DNA of 64,000 bases from Camelus ferus (lineage: Eukaryota), in NCBI RefSeq assembly GCF_009834535.1, contig NC_045697.1, positions 120,530,001 to 120,594,000 of the forward strand, given 5' to 3'. The position numbers and the translations under genes were made by a program. Positions within the stretch are counted from its first letter, which is position 1, and the number at the start of each line of letters is the position of its first letter. Positions 10,461-24,300 of the stretch are shown piece after piece. Under the pieces are notes generated by a model. It saw nothing but the letters and a program-made list of their open reading frames with translations, did not search any database and was not told the origin of the DNA.

Positions 10461-13400
10461 GCATGTGGATTACTGAACTTTCATCTACCATAAAATGTGT
10501 ATATACAGCTAGAAACATGTACAAAGTATATGCAGATTTTTCCTAACGTCAGTTTCTGAAATCAGGCAGTTTTCAAAGAAATATACTCTTGGAACTTGTT
10601 CCACCCAATAGACATGTAATTTACAGAGATTCGCTCATCGTCAAATTGTGTCTTCTGAAAAAACTGCATGCATCACGGTTTCAAAAAATATTCACTACAG
10701 GTTTGTTTGCATGTGTATTTCTGAACTTTCATCACCATACAAGTCATATTGGCACTTAGAAGCATTTTCTCAAAATTCGAATTTTTTCCTAATGCCAGTT
10801 TGGAAAATGAGGCAGATTTCACAGAAAAATGCTTTTGCAGCAAGTTCTACCAAGTGGACATGTAATTTAAATGCTTTCACTCACCGTGACATTGCATGTT
10901 CCGAACACGCTACATGCATCACTGATTCGACAAACATTCTTTATTGAGTGGTGAACGTGTGTATTACCGAACTTTCATCCACCATAAAAGTCATATTGAC
11001 ACTTAGAAGCATTTTCTCAGATTTTGAAGTGTTTACCTAATGTCAGATTTGAAAATGAGGCAGATTTCACAGAAAAATGCTTTTGAAACGAGTTCTACCC
11101 AATACAGATGTAATTTACAAAGATTCTATCACCGTGATATTCTGTGTTCAGAACACGCTACATGGATCACGGATTGGACAAACATTTTTTAATGAGCTGT
11201 GAACATGTGGAGTACCAAACTTTCATCCACCAAACACTGAATATTTACACCTAGACAATTTTCTCTGTGTTCGCAGATTTGTCCTAATGCCACTTGCGAA
11301 ATACAGGCAGTTTTCACAGAAAAATTCTCTTCGATCATGTTCTATCCAATAGACATGAATTTACAATGTTTCACTTACCATGACATTCCGTGTTCATAAC
11401 ACGCTACATGCATATTGGATTTAGAAATCATTCATTACTGAGTTGTGAGCATGTGGATTTCTGAACTTTCCACCACCATACAAGGTATATTTACACCTAG
11501 AAATATTTACTCGGCTTTCCCAGCTTTTTCCTAACTTCAGTTTCAAAAATCATGAAGTTTTCAGCAGAAAAAAACCTCTTCATGCGAGTTCTACCCGTAG
11601 AATTATAATTAAATGGTTTCCCTCAAAGTGACTTTCCATTTTCTGAACACGCTACATGCATCACGGATTTGACAAACATTCATTACTCAGTTGTGTGCAT
11701 TTGGATTACAGAACTTTCTTCCACCATACAAGGCATAAATACACCTAGAAATATTTACCCTGATTTCACAGATTTTTCCTAACGTCAGTCTCGAAAATCA
11801 TAAAGTTTTCCCAGAAAAATCTCTGCATGTGTGTTCTACCCATTAGTATTGCAATTTCAATTGTTTCCCACAAAGTGACTTTCCGTGGTCGGAAATCACT
11901 GCATTCATCTAGGATTTGACAAACATTCATTAGTCAGTTGTGTGCCTGTGAATTACAGAACTTTCATCCACCATATAATGCATATATACACCTTGAAATT
12001 ATTATTCTGATTTTGCAGCTTTTTCCTAAATGCAGTTTAGAATATCAGGCAACTTTGCAGGATAATTCCCTTGTAGAGTGTTCTACAGAGTAGACATGTA
12101 ATTTACATAGATCTCCTCGCCGTGACATACCGTGATCCGAACATGCTACATGCACAGCAGTTTGACAAATATTAAGTGCTGAGTTGTTAGCATGTGGATT
12201 AATGTACTTTCATCTACATACAAAGTTTATATACAGCTAGAAGCATGTACTCAGTATTTGAAGATATTTCTTAATGCCAGTTTCGATAATAAGGCAGTTT
12301 TCACAGAAAAATTCCCCTTGGAGTGAGTTCTATCCAATACACTTGTAATTTACATAGTTTCACTTACCATGACATTCCGTGTTCTGAATACATTACATGC
12401 ATCACAGTTTCTACAACATTCTATATTGAGTGTAAGCATGTGCATTACAAACTTTCATCTACCACAAAGACATATTTGCACCTAGAAACATTAACTATGA
12501 GTTCGCAGCATTTCCTAATAGCAGATTGAAAATTAGGCATTTTTCTAAGGAAAAAACTTTGGAGCGATTTCTACCCACTAGGCATGTAATTTACAGAGAT
12601 TCCATTGCTGTGAAATTACGTTTTCGAACACGTTACATGCATAACGGAATCGACATATATTCACTACAAATGTGTTTGCATGTGGATTACCGAACTTTGA
12701 GCATAATAAAAGGCATATTGACACTTAGAAGCATTTTCTCTGATTTCACAGAGGTTTCCAAACGCCAGTTGAGAAAATGCAGCAGATTTCGCAGCAGAAA
12801 GCTCTTGGAGCGAGTTCTACCCAAGAGACATGTAATTTACAAAGATTCGCTCACCGTGAAATCCCGTGTTCTGAACATGCTACATGCATCTCGGATTCCA
12901 CAAATATTAACTACAGAGTTGTTAGCATGTTGATTACTATAATTTTATCCACCATACAAGGCATAAATACACCTAGAAATATTTACCATGAATTCACAGA
13001 TTTTTCCTAACGTCAGTCTCGAAAATCATTAAGTTTTCACAGAAAATATCTCTGCATGTGTTCTAACCATTAGAATTGCAATTTCAATTATTTCCCACAA
13101 AGTGACTTTCCGTGGTCGGGAAAACATTGCATTCATCAAGGATTTGACAAACATTCATTAGTCAGTTGTGTGCCTGTGAATTACAGAACTTTCATCCACC
13201 ATATAATGCATATACACATCTTGAAAATATTATTGTGATTTTGCAGCTTTTTCCTGAATGCAGTTTAGAATATCAGGCACTTTGCAGGATAATTCCCTTG
13301 TAGATTGTTCTACACAGCTGACATGTAATTTACATAGATCTCCTCGCCATTACATACCGTGCTCCGAACATGCTACATGCACCACAGTTTGACAAATATT

Positions 13401-16400
13401 AGTGCTGAGTTGTTAGCATGTGGATAATGTACTTTCATCTACCATACAATGTTTATATACAGCTAGTAGCATGTACTCAGTATTTGCAGATATTTCTTAA
13501 TGCCAGTTTCGATAATAAGGCAGTTTTCACAGAAAAATCCCCTTGGAGTGAGTTCTATCCAATACACTTGTAATTTACATAGTTTCACTTACCATGACAT
13601 TCCGTGTTCTGAATATATTACATGCATCACAGTTTCTACAACATTCTATATTGAGTGTAAGCATGTGCATTACAAATTTTCATCTACCACAGAAGACATA
13701 TTTGCACCTAGAAACATTAACTATGAGTTCGCAGCAATTTCCTAATAGCAGTTTGAAAATTAAGGCATTTATTTAAGGAAAAACTTTCGAGCGATTTCTA
13801 ACCACTAGGTATGTAATTTACATAGATTCCATTGCTGTGTAATTACGTCTTTCGAACACGCTACATGCATAACGGATTCGACATATATTCACTACAAATG
13901 TGTTTGCATGTGGATTACCGAACTTTCAGCATAATAAAAGGCATATTGATACTTAGAAGCATTTTCTCTGATTTCACAGAGGTTTCCAACGCCAGTTAGA
14001 AAATGCAGCAGATATCGCAGCAGAAAGCTCTTGGAGCGAGTTCTACCCAAGAGACTTGTAATTTACAAAGATCGCTCACCGTGAATTCCCGTGTTCTGAA
14101 CATGCTACATGCATCTCGGATTCCACAAATATTAACTACAGAGTTGTTAGCATGTGGATTATTATAATTTTATCCACCATACAAGGCATAATGTCGCCTT
14201 ACAAGAATTTTGTCATTTTTTGAAACTTTTTCCTAACGCCAATTTTGAAATGAGGGCAGTTTTTACCGAGAAATGCTCTAGGAGAGAGTTCCACAGAATA
14301 GACATTTAATTTACATAGGTTCCCTCACCGTCAAATTCTGTGTTCCGTGAAAGCTGCATGCAAAACCATTTTCGACAATATTCACTACAGAATTTTTTAG
14401 CATGTGGATTACTGAACTTTCATCCACCATACAATTCATATTGACACTTAGAATCATTTCTCAAATTTCGAATGTTTTTATAATGCCAGTTTTGAAAATG
14501 AGGCAGATATTCGCAGATATATGCTTTTGGAGAGAGTTCTACCTATATACATGTGTAATTTGCAAGGTTTCTATTACCGTGATAGTCTGTGTTCCGAACA
14601 CAGTACAAAGATCAACGGATTCGACAAACATTGATTAATGAGTTGGCAACGTGTTGATTTCCGAACATTCATCCAACAAACACGGCATATTTACACCTAG
14701 AAATTTTTCTCTGTTTTCGCAGATTTGTCCGAATGCCAGTTGCAAAAAACAGGCAGTTTTCACAGAAAAATTCTCTTCGTGCGTGTTCTATCAGACAGAG
14801 TGAAATTTACAATGTTTCAACTACCATGACATTCCCTGTTCAGAACACGTTCTATGCATAATGGATTTATAAAACATTCATTACTGATTAGAGAGCATGT
14901 GGATTTCCAAAATTTAATCCACCAACAAGGCATATTTACACCTAGAAATATTTACTCTGCTTTCACAGCTTTTTACTAACTTCAGGTTTTAAAATCATGA
15001 AGTTTTCTCAGGAAAAAACCTCTTCGTGCGAGTTCTACCCCGTAGAATTATAATTAAAATGTTTTCCATCAAAGTGACTTTCCATTTTCTGAACACGCTA
15101 AATGAATCACGGATTTGACAAACATTCATTACTCAGTTTGTGTGCATTTGGATTACAGAACTTTCTTCCACCATACAAGGCATAAATACACCTAGAAATA
15201 TTTACCATGAATTCACAGATTTTTCCTAACGTCAGTCTCGAAAATCATAAAGTTTTCACAGAAAATATCTCTGCATGTGTGTTCTAACCATTAGAATTGC
15301 AATTTCAATTATTTCCCACAAAGTGACTTTCCGTGGTCGGAAAACACTGCATTCATCAAGGATTTGACAAACATTCATTAGTCAGTTGTGTGCCTGTGAA
15401 TTACAGAACTTTCATCCACCATATAATGCATATATACACCTTGAAAATATTATTCTGATTTTGCAGCTTTTTACTGAATGCAGTTTAGAATATCAGGCAA
15501 CTTTGCAGGATAATTCCCTTGTAGAGTGTTCTACACAGTAGACATGTAATTTACATAGATCTCCTCGCCGTTACATACCGTGCTACGAACATGCTACATT
15601 GCACCGCATTTTGACAAATATTAAGTGCTGAGTTGTTAGCATGTGGATTAATGTACTTTCATCTACATACAATGTTTATATACAGCTATAGCATTACTCA
15701 GTATTTGCAGATATTTCTTAATGCCAGTTTCGATAATAAGGCAGTTTTCAAAGAAAAATCCTCTTAGAGTGAGTTTCTATCCAATACACGTGTAATTACA
15801 TAGTTTCACTTACCATGACATTCCGTGTTCTGAATACATTACATGCATCACAGTTTTCTACAACATTCTATATTGAGTGTAAGCATGTGCATTACAAATT
15901 TTCATCTACCACAGAAGACATATTTGCACCTAGAAACATTAACTATGAGTTCGCAGCAATTTCCTAATAGCAGTTTTGAAAATTAAGCATTTATTTAAGG
16001 AAAAAACTTTTGGAGCGATTTCACCCACTAGGTATGTTAATTTACATAGATTCCATTGCTGTGTAATACGTCTTTCGAACACGCTACATGCATAACGGAT
16101 TCGACATATATTCACTACAAATGTGTTTGCATGTGGATTACCGAACTTTCAGCATAATAAAAGGCATATTGATACTTAGAAGCATTTTCTCTGATTTCAC
16201 AGAGGTTTTCCACAACGCCAGTTTAGAAAATGCAGCAGATATCGCAGCAGAAAGCTCTTGGAGCGAGTTCTACCCAAGAGACTTGTAATTTACAAAGATT
16301 CGCTCACCGTGAATTCCCGTGTTCTGAACATGCTACATGCATCTCGGATTCCACAAATATTAACTACAGAGTTGTTAGCATGTGGATTACTATAATTTTA

Positions 16401-19400
16401 TCCACCATACAAGGCATAATGTCGCTTACAAGAATTTTGTCATTTTTTGAAATTTTTCCTAACGCCAATTTTGAAAATGAGGCAGTTTCACCGAGAAATG
16501 CTCTAGGAGAGAGTTCCACAGAATAGACATTTAATTTACATAGGTTCCCTCACCGTCAAATTCTGTGTTCCGTGAGAGCTGCATGTAAAACATTTTCGAC
16601 AAATATTCACTACAGAATTTTTTAGCATGTGGATTACTGAACTTTCATCCACCATACAATTCATATTGACACTTAGAATCATTTTCTCAAATTTCGAAAT
16701 GTTTTTCTAATGCCAGTTTTGAAAATGAGGCAGATATCGCAGATATATGCTTTTGGAGCGAGTTCTACCTTATACATGTGTAATTTGCAAGGGTTTCTAT
16801 TACCGTGATAGTCTGTGTTCCGAACACAGTACAAAGATCACGGATTCGACAAACATTGATTAATGAGTTGGCAACGTGTTGATTACCGAACATTCATCCA
16901 ACAAACACGCATATTTACACCTAGAAATTTTTCTCTGTTTTCGCAGATTTGTCCGAATGCCAGTTGCAAAAAACAGGCAGTTTTCACAGAAAAATTCTCT
17001 TCGAGCGTGTTCTATCAGACAGACGTGAAATTTACAATGTTTCAACTACCATGACATTCCCTGTTCAGAACACGTTCTATGCATAATGGATTTATAAAAC
17101 ATTCATTACTGATTAGAGAGCATGTGGATTTCCGAAATTTAATCCACCAAACAAGGCATATTTACACCTAGAAATATTTACTCTGCTTTCACAGCTTTTT
17201 ACTAACTTCAGGTTTTAAAATCATGAAGTTTTCTCAGGAAAAACCTCTTCATGCGAGTTCTACCCCGTAGAATTATAATTAAAATGTTTTCCATCAAAGT
17301 GACTTTCCATTTTCTGAACACGCTAAATGAATCACGGATTTGACAAACATTCATTACTCAGTTGTGTGCATTTGGATTACAGAACTTTCTTCCACCATAC
17401 AAGGCATAAATACACCTAGAAATATTTACCATGAATTCACAGATTTTTCCTAACGTCAGTCTCGAAAATCATAAAGTTTTCACAGAAAATATCTCTGCAT
17501 GTGTGTTCTAACCATTAGAATTGCAATTTCAATTATTTCCCACAAAGTGACTTTCCGTGGTCGGAAAACACTGCATTCATCAAGGATTTGACAAACATTC
17601 ATTAGTCAGTTGTGTGCCTGTGAATTACAGAACTTTCATCCACCATATAATGCATATATTCACCTTGAAAATATTATTCTGATTTTGCAGCTTTTTCCTG
17701 AATGCAGTTTAGAATATCAGGCAACTTTGCAGGATAATTCCCTTGTAGAGTGTTCTACACAGTAGACATGTAATTTACATAGATCTACTCGCCGTGACAT
17801 ACCGTGCTCCGTACATGCTACATGCACCGCAGTTTGACAAATATTAAGTGCTGAGTTGTTAGCATGTGGATTAATGTACTTTCATCTACCATACAAAGTT
17901 TATATACAGCTAGAAGCATGTACTCAGTATTTGAAGATATTTCTTAATGCCAGTTTCGATAATAAGGCAGTTTTCACAGAAAAATCCCCTTGGAGTGAGT
18001 TCTATCCAATACACTTGTAATTTACATAGTTTCACTTACCATGACATTCCGTGTTCTGAATACATTACATGCATCACAGTTTCTACAACATTCTATATTG
18101 AGTGTAAGCATGTGCATTACAAACTTTCATCTACCACAGAAGACATATTGCACCTAGAAACATTAACTATGAGTTCGCAGCAATTTCCTAATAGCAGTTT
18201 TGAAAATTAGGCATTTTTCTAAGAAAAAAAATGTTGGAGAGATTTCTACCCACTAGGCATGTAATTTACAGAGATTCCATTGCTGTGAAATTACATTTTT
18301 CGAACACGCTACATGCATAACGGAATCGACATATATTCACTACAAATGTGTTTGCATGTGGATTACCGAACTTTCAGCATAATAAAAGGCATATTGACAC
18401 TTAGAAGCATTTTCTCTGATTCACAGAAGTTTCCAAACGCCAGTTTAGAAAATGCAGCAGATTTCGCAGCAGAAAGCTCTTGGAGCGAGTTCTACCCAAG
18501 AGACATTTAATTTACAAAGATTCGCTCACCGTGAAATCCCGTGTTCTGAACATGCTACATGCATCTCGGATTCCACAAATATTAACTACAGAGTTGTTAG
18601 CATGTTGATTACTATAATTTTATCCACCATACAAGGCATAAATACACCTAGAAATATTTACCCTGATTCACAGATTTTCCTAACGTCAGTCTCGAAAATC
18701 ATAAAAGTTTCCCAGAAAATATCTCTGCATGTGTGTTCTACCCATTAGAATTTCAATTTCAATTGTTTCCCACAAAGTGACTTTCCGTTGTCCGAACACA
18801 CTGCATTCATCACGGATTTGACAAGCATTCATTAGTCAGTTGTGTGCCTGTGAATTACAGAACTTTCATCCACCATATAATGCGTATATACACCTTGAAA
18901 ATATTATTCTGATTTTGCAGCTTTTTCCTATCTGCAGTTTAGAATATCAGGCATCTTTGCAGGATAATTCTCTTAAAGAGTGTTCTACACAGCTGACATG
19001 TAATTTACATAGATCTCCTCGCCGTTACATACCGTGCTCCGAACATGCTACATGCACCGCAGTTTGACAAATATTAAGTGCTGAGTTGTTAGCATGTGGA
19101 TTAATGTACTTTCATCTACCATACAATGTTTATATACAGCTAGAAGCATGTACTCAGTATTTGCAGATATTTCTTAATGCCAGTTTCGATAATAAGGCAG
19201 TTTTCACAGAAAAATCCCCTTGGAGTGAGTTCTATCCAATACACTTGTAATTTACATAGTTTCACTTACCATGACATTCCGTGTTCTGAATATATTACAT
19301 GCATCACAGTTTCTACAACATTCTATATTGAGTGTAAGCATGTGCATTACAAATTTTCATCTACCACAGAAGACATATTTGCACCTAGAAACATTAACTA

Positions 19401-21319
19401 TGAGTTCGCAGCAATTTCCTAATAGCAGTTTTGAAATTTAAGCATTTTTCTAAGGAAAAAACTGTTGGAGCGATTTCTACCCACTAGGCATGTAATTTAC
19501 AGAGATTCCATTGCTGTGAAATTACGTCTTTTGAACACGCTACATGCATAACGGATTCGACATATATTCACTACAAATGTGTTTGCATGTGGATTACCGA
19601 ACTTTCAGCATAATAAAAGGCATATTGATACTTAGAAGCATTTTCTCTGATTTCACAGAGGTTTCCAAACGCCAGTTTAGAAAATGCAGCAGATTTCGCA
19701 GCAGAAAGCTCTTGGAGAGAGTTCTACCCAAGAGACTTGTAATTTACAAAGATTCGCTCACCGTGAAATCCCATGTTCTGAACTTGATACATGCATCTCG
19801 GATTCCACAAATATTAACTACAGAGTTGTTAGCATGTAGATTACTATAATTTTATCCACCATACAAGGCATAATGTCGCTTACAAGAATTTTGTCATTTT
19901 TTGAAAATTTTTCCTAACGCCAATTTCGAAAATGAGGCAGTTTTCACCGAAAAATGCTCTAGGAGAGAGTTCCACAGAATAGACATTTAATTTACATAGG
20001 TTCCCTCACCGTGAATTTCTGTGTTCCGAGAAAGCTGCTTGCATTACTTTTTCGACAATTATTCACTACAGAATTTTTTAGCATGTGGATTACTGAACTT
20101 TCATCCACCATACAATTCATATTGACACTTAGAATCAATTTCTCAGATTTCGAAGTGTTTTTCTAATGCCAGTTTTGAAAATGAGGCAGATTTTGCAGAT
20201 AAATGCTTTTGGAGCGAGTTCTACCTAATACATGTGTAATTTTCAAGGTTTCTATTACCGTGATAGTCTGTGTTCCGAACACATTACATGGATCACGGAT
20301 TCGACAAACATTGATTAATGAGCTGGGAACGTGTTGATTACCGAACATTCATCCAAAAACACGGCATATTTACACCTAGAAATTTTTCTCTGTGTTTGCA
20401 GATTTGTCCGAATGCCAGTTGCAAAAAACAGGCAGTTTTCACAGAAAAATTCTCTTCGAGCGTGTTCTATCAGACAGACATGAAATTTACAATGTTTCAC
20501 CTACCATGACATTCCCTGTTCAGAACACGCTCTATGCATATTGGATGTATAAAACATTCATTACTGATTAGAGAGCATGTGGATTTCCGAAATTTAATCC
20601 ACCATACAAGGCATATTTACACCTAGAAATATTTATTCTGCTTTCACAGCTTTTTCCTAACTTCAGTTTTTAAAATCATGAAGTTTTCTCAGAAAAAAAC
20701 CTCTTCAAGCGAGTTCTATCCAGAGGAATAGTAATTTAAGCAGTTTCCCTCAAAGCGACTTTCCAGTTTCTGAACATGCTACATGCATCACGGATTTGAC
20801 AAACGTTAATTACTCAGTTGTGTGCATGTGGATTACAGAACGTTTATCTACCATATGAGACATATATACACCTAGAAATATTTACTCTGATTTCACTACT
20901 TTTTCCTACCGTCTGTTTTGAAAATCATGATGTTATTGCATAAGTAATCTCTGCAAGCGAGTTCGACCCAGTAGAATTGTAATTTCAATAGTTTCCCACA
21001 AAGTGACTTTCCATGGTGCGAAGATGCTAAATTCATCACGGATTTGACAAACATTCGTTACTCAGTTGTGTGCATGTAGATTACAGAATTTTCATCCACC
21101 ATATAAGGCATATATAAACCTAGAAAACATTATTCTGAGTTCGCAGCTTTTTCCTAATGGCAGTTTAGAAAATCTGGCAACTATAGCAGGATAAATCTCT
21201 TGTAGCATGTTCTACACATTGGACATATAATTTATATAGAGTCCCTCGCCGTGAAATTCCGTGCTTCAAACTTGCTACTTGCACCGCAGGTTCGACAAAT
21301 ATTCACTGCTGAGTTGTTA
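10461..21319 (+). repeat. 44-monomer super-HOR, copy 1 (A-J | F-N | F-N | F-J | F-P)
   Basis: Monomer order read from diagnostic tags; 10+9+9+5+11 = 44 monomers, ~10.86 kb. Confidence 0.85.
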
Positions 21320-24300
21320 GCATGTGGATTACTGAACTTTCATCTACCATAAAATGTGTATATACAGCTAGAAACATGTACAAAGTATATGCAGATTTTT
21401 CCTAACGTCAGTTTCTGAAATCAGGCAGTTTTCACAGAAATATACTCTTGGAACTTGTTCCACCCAATAGACATGTAATTTACAGAGATTCGCTCATCGT
21501 CAAATTGTGTCTTCTGAAAAAAGTGCATGCATCACGGTTTCAAAAAATATTCACTACAGGTTTGTTTGCATGTGTATTTCTGAACTTTCATCACCATACA
21601 AGTCATATAGGCACTTAGAAGCATTTTCTCAAAATTCGAATTTTTTCCTAATGCCAGTTTTGAAAATGAGGCAGATTTCACAGAAAAATGCTTTCGCAGC
21701 AAGTTCTACCAAGTGGACATGTAATTTAAATGCTTTCACTCACCGTGACATTGCATGTTCCGAACACGCTACATGCATCACTGATTCGACAAACATTCTT
21801 TATTGAGTGGTGAACGTGTGTATTACCGAACTTTCATCCACTATAAAAGTCATATTGACACTTAGAAGCATTTTCTCAGATTTTGAAGTGTTTAACTAAT
21901 GTCAGATTTGAAAATGAGGCAGATTTCACAGAAAAATGCTTTTGAAACGAGTTCTACCCAACACACATGTAATTTACAAAGATTCTATCACCGTGGTATT
22001 CTGTGTTCAGAACACGCTACATGGATCACGGATTGGACAAACATTATTTAATGATCTCTGAACATGTGGAGTACCAAACTTTCATCCACCAAACACTGAA
22101 TATTTACACCTAGACATTTTTCTCTGTGTTCGCAGATTTGTCCTAATGCCACTTGCGAAATACAGGCAGTTTTCACAGAAAAAATTCTCTTCGATCATGT
22201 TCTATCCAATAGACATGAATTTACAATGTTTCACTTACCATGACATTCCGTGTTCATAACACGCTACATGCATATTGGATTTACAAATCATTCATTACTG
22301 AGTTGTGAGCATGTGGATTTCTGAACTTTCCACCACCATACGAGGTATATTTACACCTAGAAATATTTACTCGGCTTTCCCAGCTTTTTCCAAACTTCAG
22401 TTTCAAAAATCATGAAGTTTTCGCAGAAAAAAACTCTTCATGCGAGTTCTACCCCGTAGAATTATAATTAAAGTGTTTTCCGTCAAAGTGACTTTCCATC
22501 TTCTGAACACGCTACATGAATCACGGATTTGACAAACATTCATTACTCAGTTGTGTGCATTTGGATTACAGAACTTTCTTCCACCATACAAGGCATAAAT
22601 ACACCTAGAAATATTTACCATGAATTCACAGATTTTTCCTAACGTCAGTCTCGAAAATCATAAAGTTTTCACAGAAAATATCTCTGCATGTGTGTTCTAA
22701 CCATTAGAATTGCAATTTCAATTATTTCCCACAAAGTGACTTTCTGTGGTCGGAAAACACTGCATTCATCAAGGATTTGACAAACATTCATTAGTCAGTT
22801 GTGTGCCTGTGAATTACAGAACTTTCATCCACCATATAATGCATATATACACCTTGAAAATATTATTCTGATTTTGCAGCTTTTTCCTGAATGCAGTTTA
22901 GAATATCAGGCAACTTTGCAGGATAATTCCCTTGTAGAGTGTTCTACAGAGTAGACATGTAATTTACATAGATCTCCTCGCCGTGACATACCGTGATCCG
23001 TACATGCTACATGCACCGCAGTTTGACAAATATTAAGTGCTGAGTTGTTAGCATGTGGATTAATGTACTTTCATCTACCATACAAAGTTTATATACTGCT
23101 AGAAGCATGTACTCAGTATTTGAAGATATTTCTTAATGCCAGTTTCGATAATAAGGCAGTTTTCACAGAAAAATCCCCTTGGAGTGAGTTCTATCCAATA
23201 CACTTGTAATTTACATAGTTTCACTTACCATGACATTCCGTGTTCTGAATACATTACATGCATCACAGTTTCTACAACATTCTATATTGAGTGTAAGCAT
23301 GTGCATTACAAACTTTCATCTACCACAAAAGACATATTTGCACCTAGAAACATTAACTATGAGTTCGCAGCAATTTCCTAATAGCAGATTGAAAATTAGG
23401 CATTTTTCTAAGGAAAAAACTTTGGAGCGATTTCTACCCACTAGGCATGTAATTTACAGAGATTCCATTGCTGTGAAATTACGTTTTTCGAACACGCTAC
23501 ATGCATAACGGAATCGACATATATTCACTACAAATGTGTTTGCATGTGGATTACCGAACTTTGAGCATAATAAAAGGCATATTGACACTTAGAAGCATTT
23601 TCTCTGATTTCACAGAGGTTTCCAAACGCCAGTTGAGAAAATACAACAGATTTCGCAGCAGAAAGCTCTTGGAGCGAGTTCTACCCAAGAGACATGTAAT
23701 TTACAAAGATTCGCTCACCGTGAAATCCCGTGTTCTGAACATGCTACATGCATCTCGGATTCCACAAATATTAACTACAGAGTTGTTAGCATGTTGATTA
23801 CTATAATTTTATCCACCATACAAGGCATAAATACACCTAGAAATATTTACCATGAATTCACAGATTTTTCCTAACGTCAGTCTCGAAAATCATTAAGTTT
23901 TCACAGAAAATATCTCTGCATGTGTGTTCTAACCATTAGAATTGCAATTTCAATTATTTCCCACAAAGTGACTTTCCGTGGTCGGAAAACATTGCATTCA
24001 TCAAGGATTTGACAAACATTCATTAGTCAGTTGTGTGCCTGTGAATTACAGAACTTTCATCCACCATATAATGCATATACACATCTTGAAAATATTATTG
24101 TGATTTTGCAGCTTTTTCCTGAATGCAGTTTAGAATATCAGGCAACTTTGCAGGATAATTCCCTTGTAGATTGTTCTACACAGCTGACATGTAATTTACA
24201 TAGATCTCCTCGCCATTACATACCGTGCTCCGAACATGCTACATGCACCACAGTTTGACAAATATTAAGTGCTGAGTTGTTAGCATGTGGATTAATGTAC

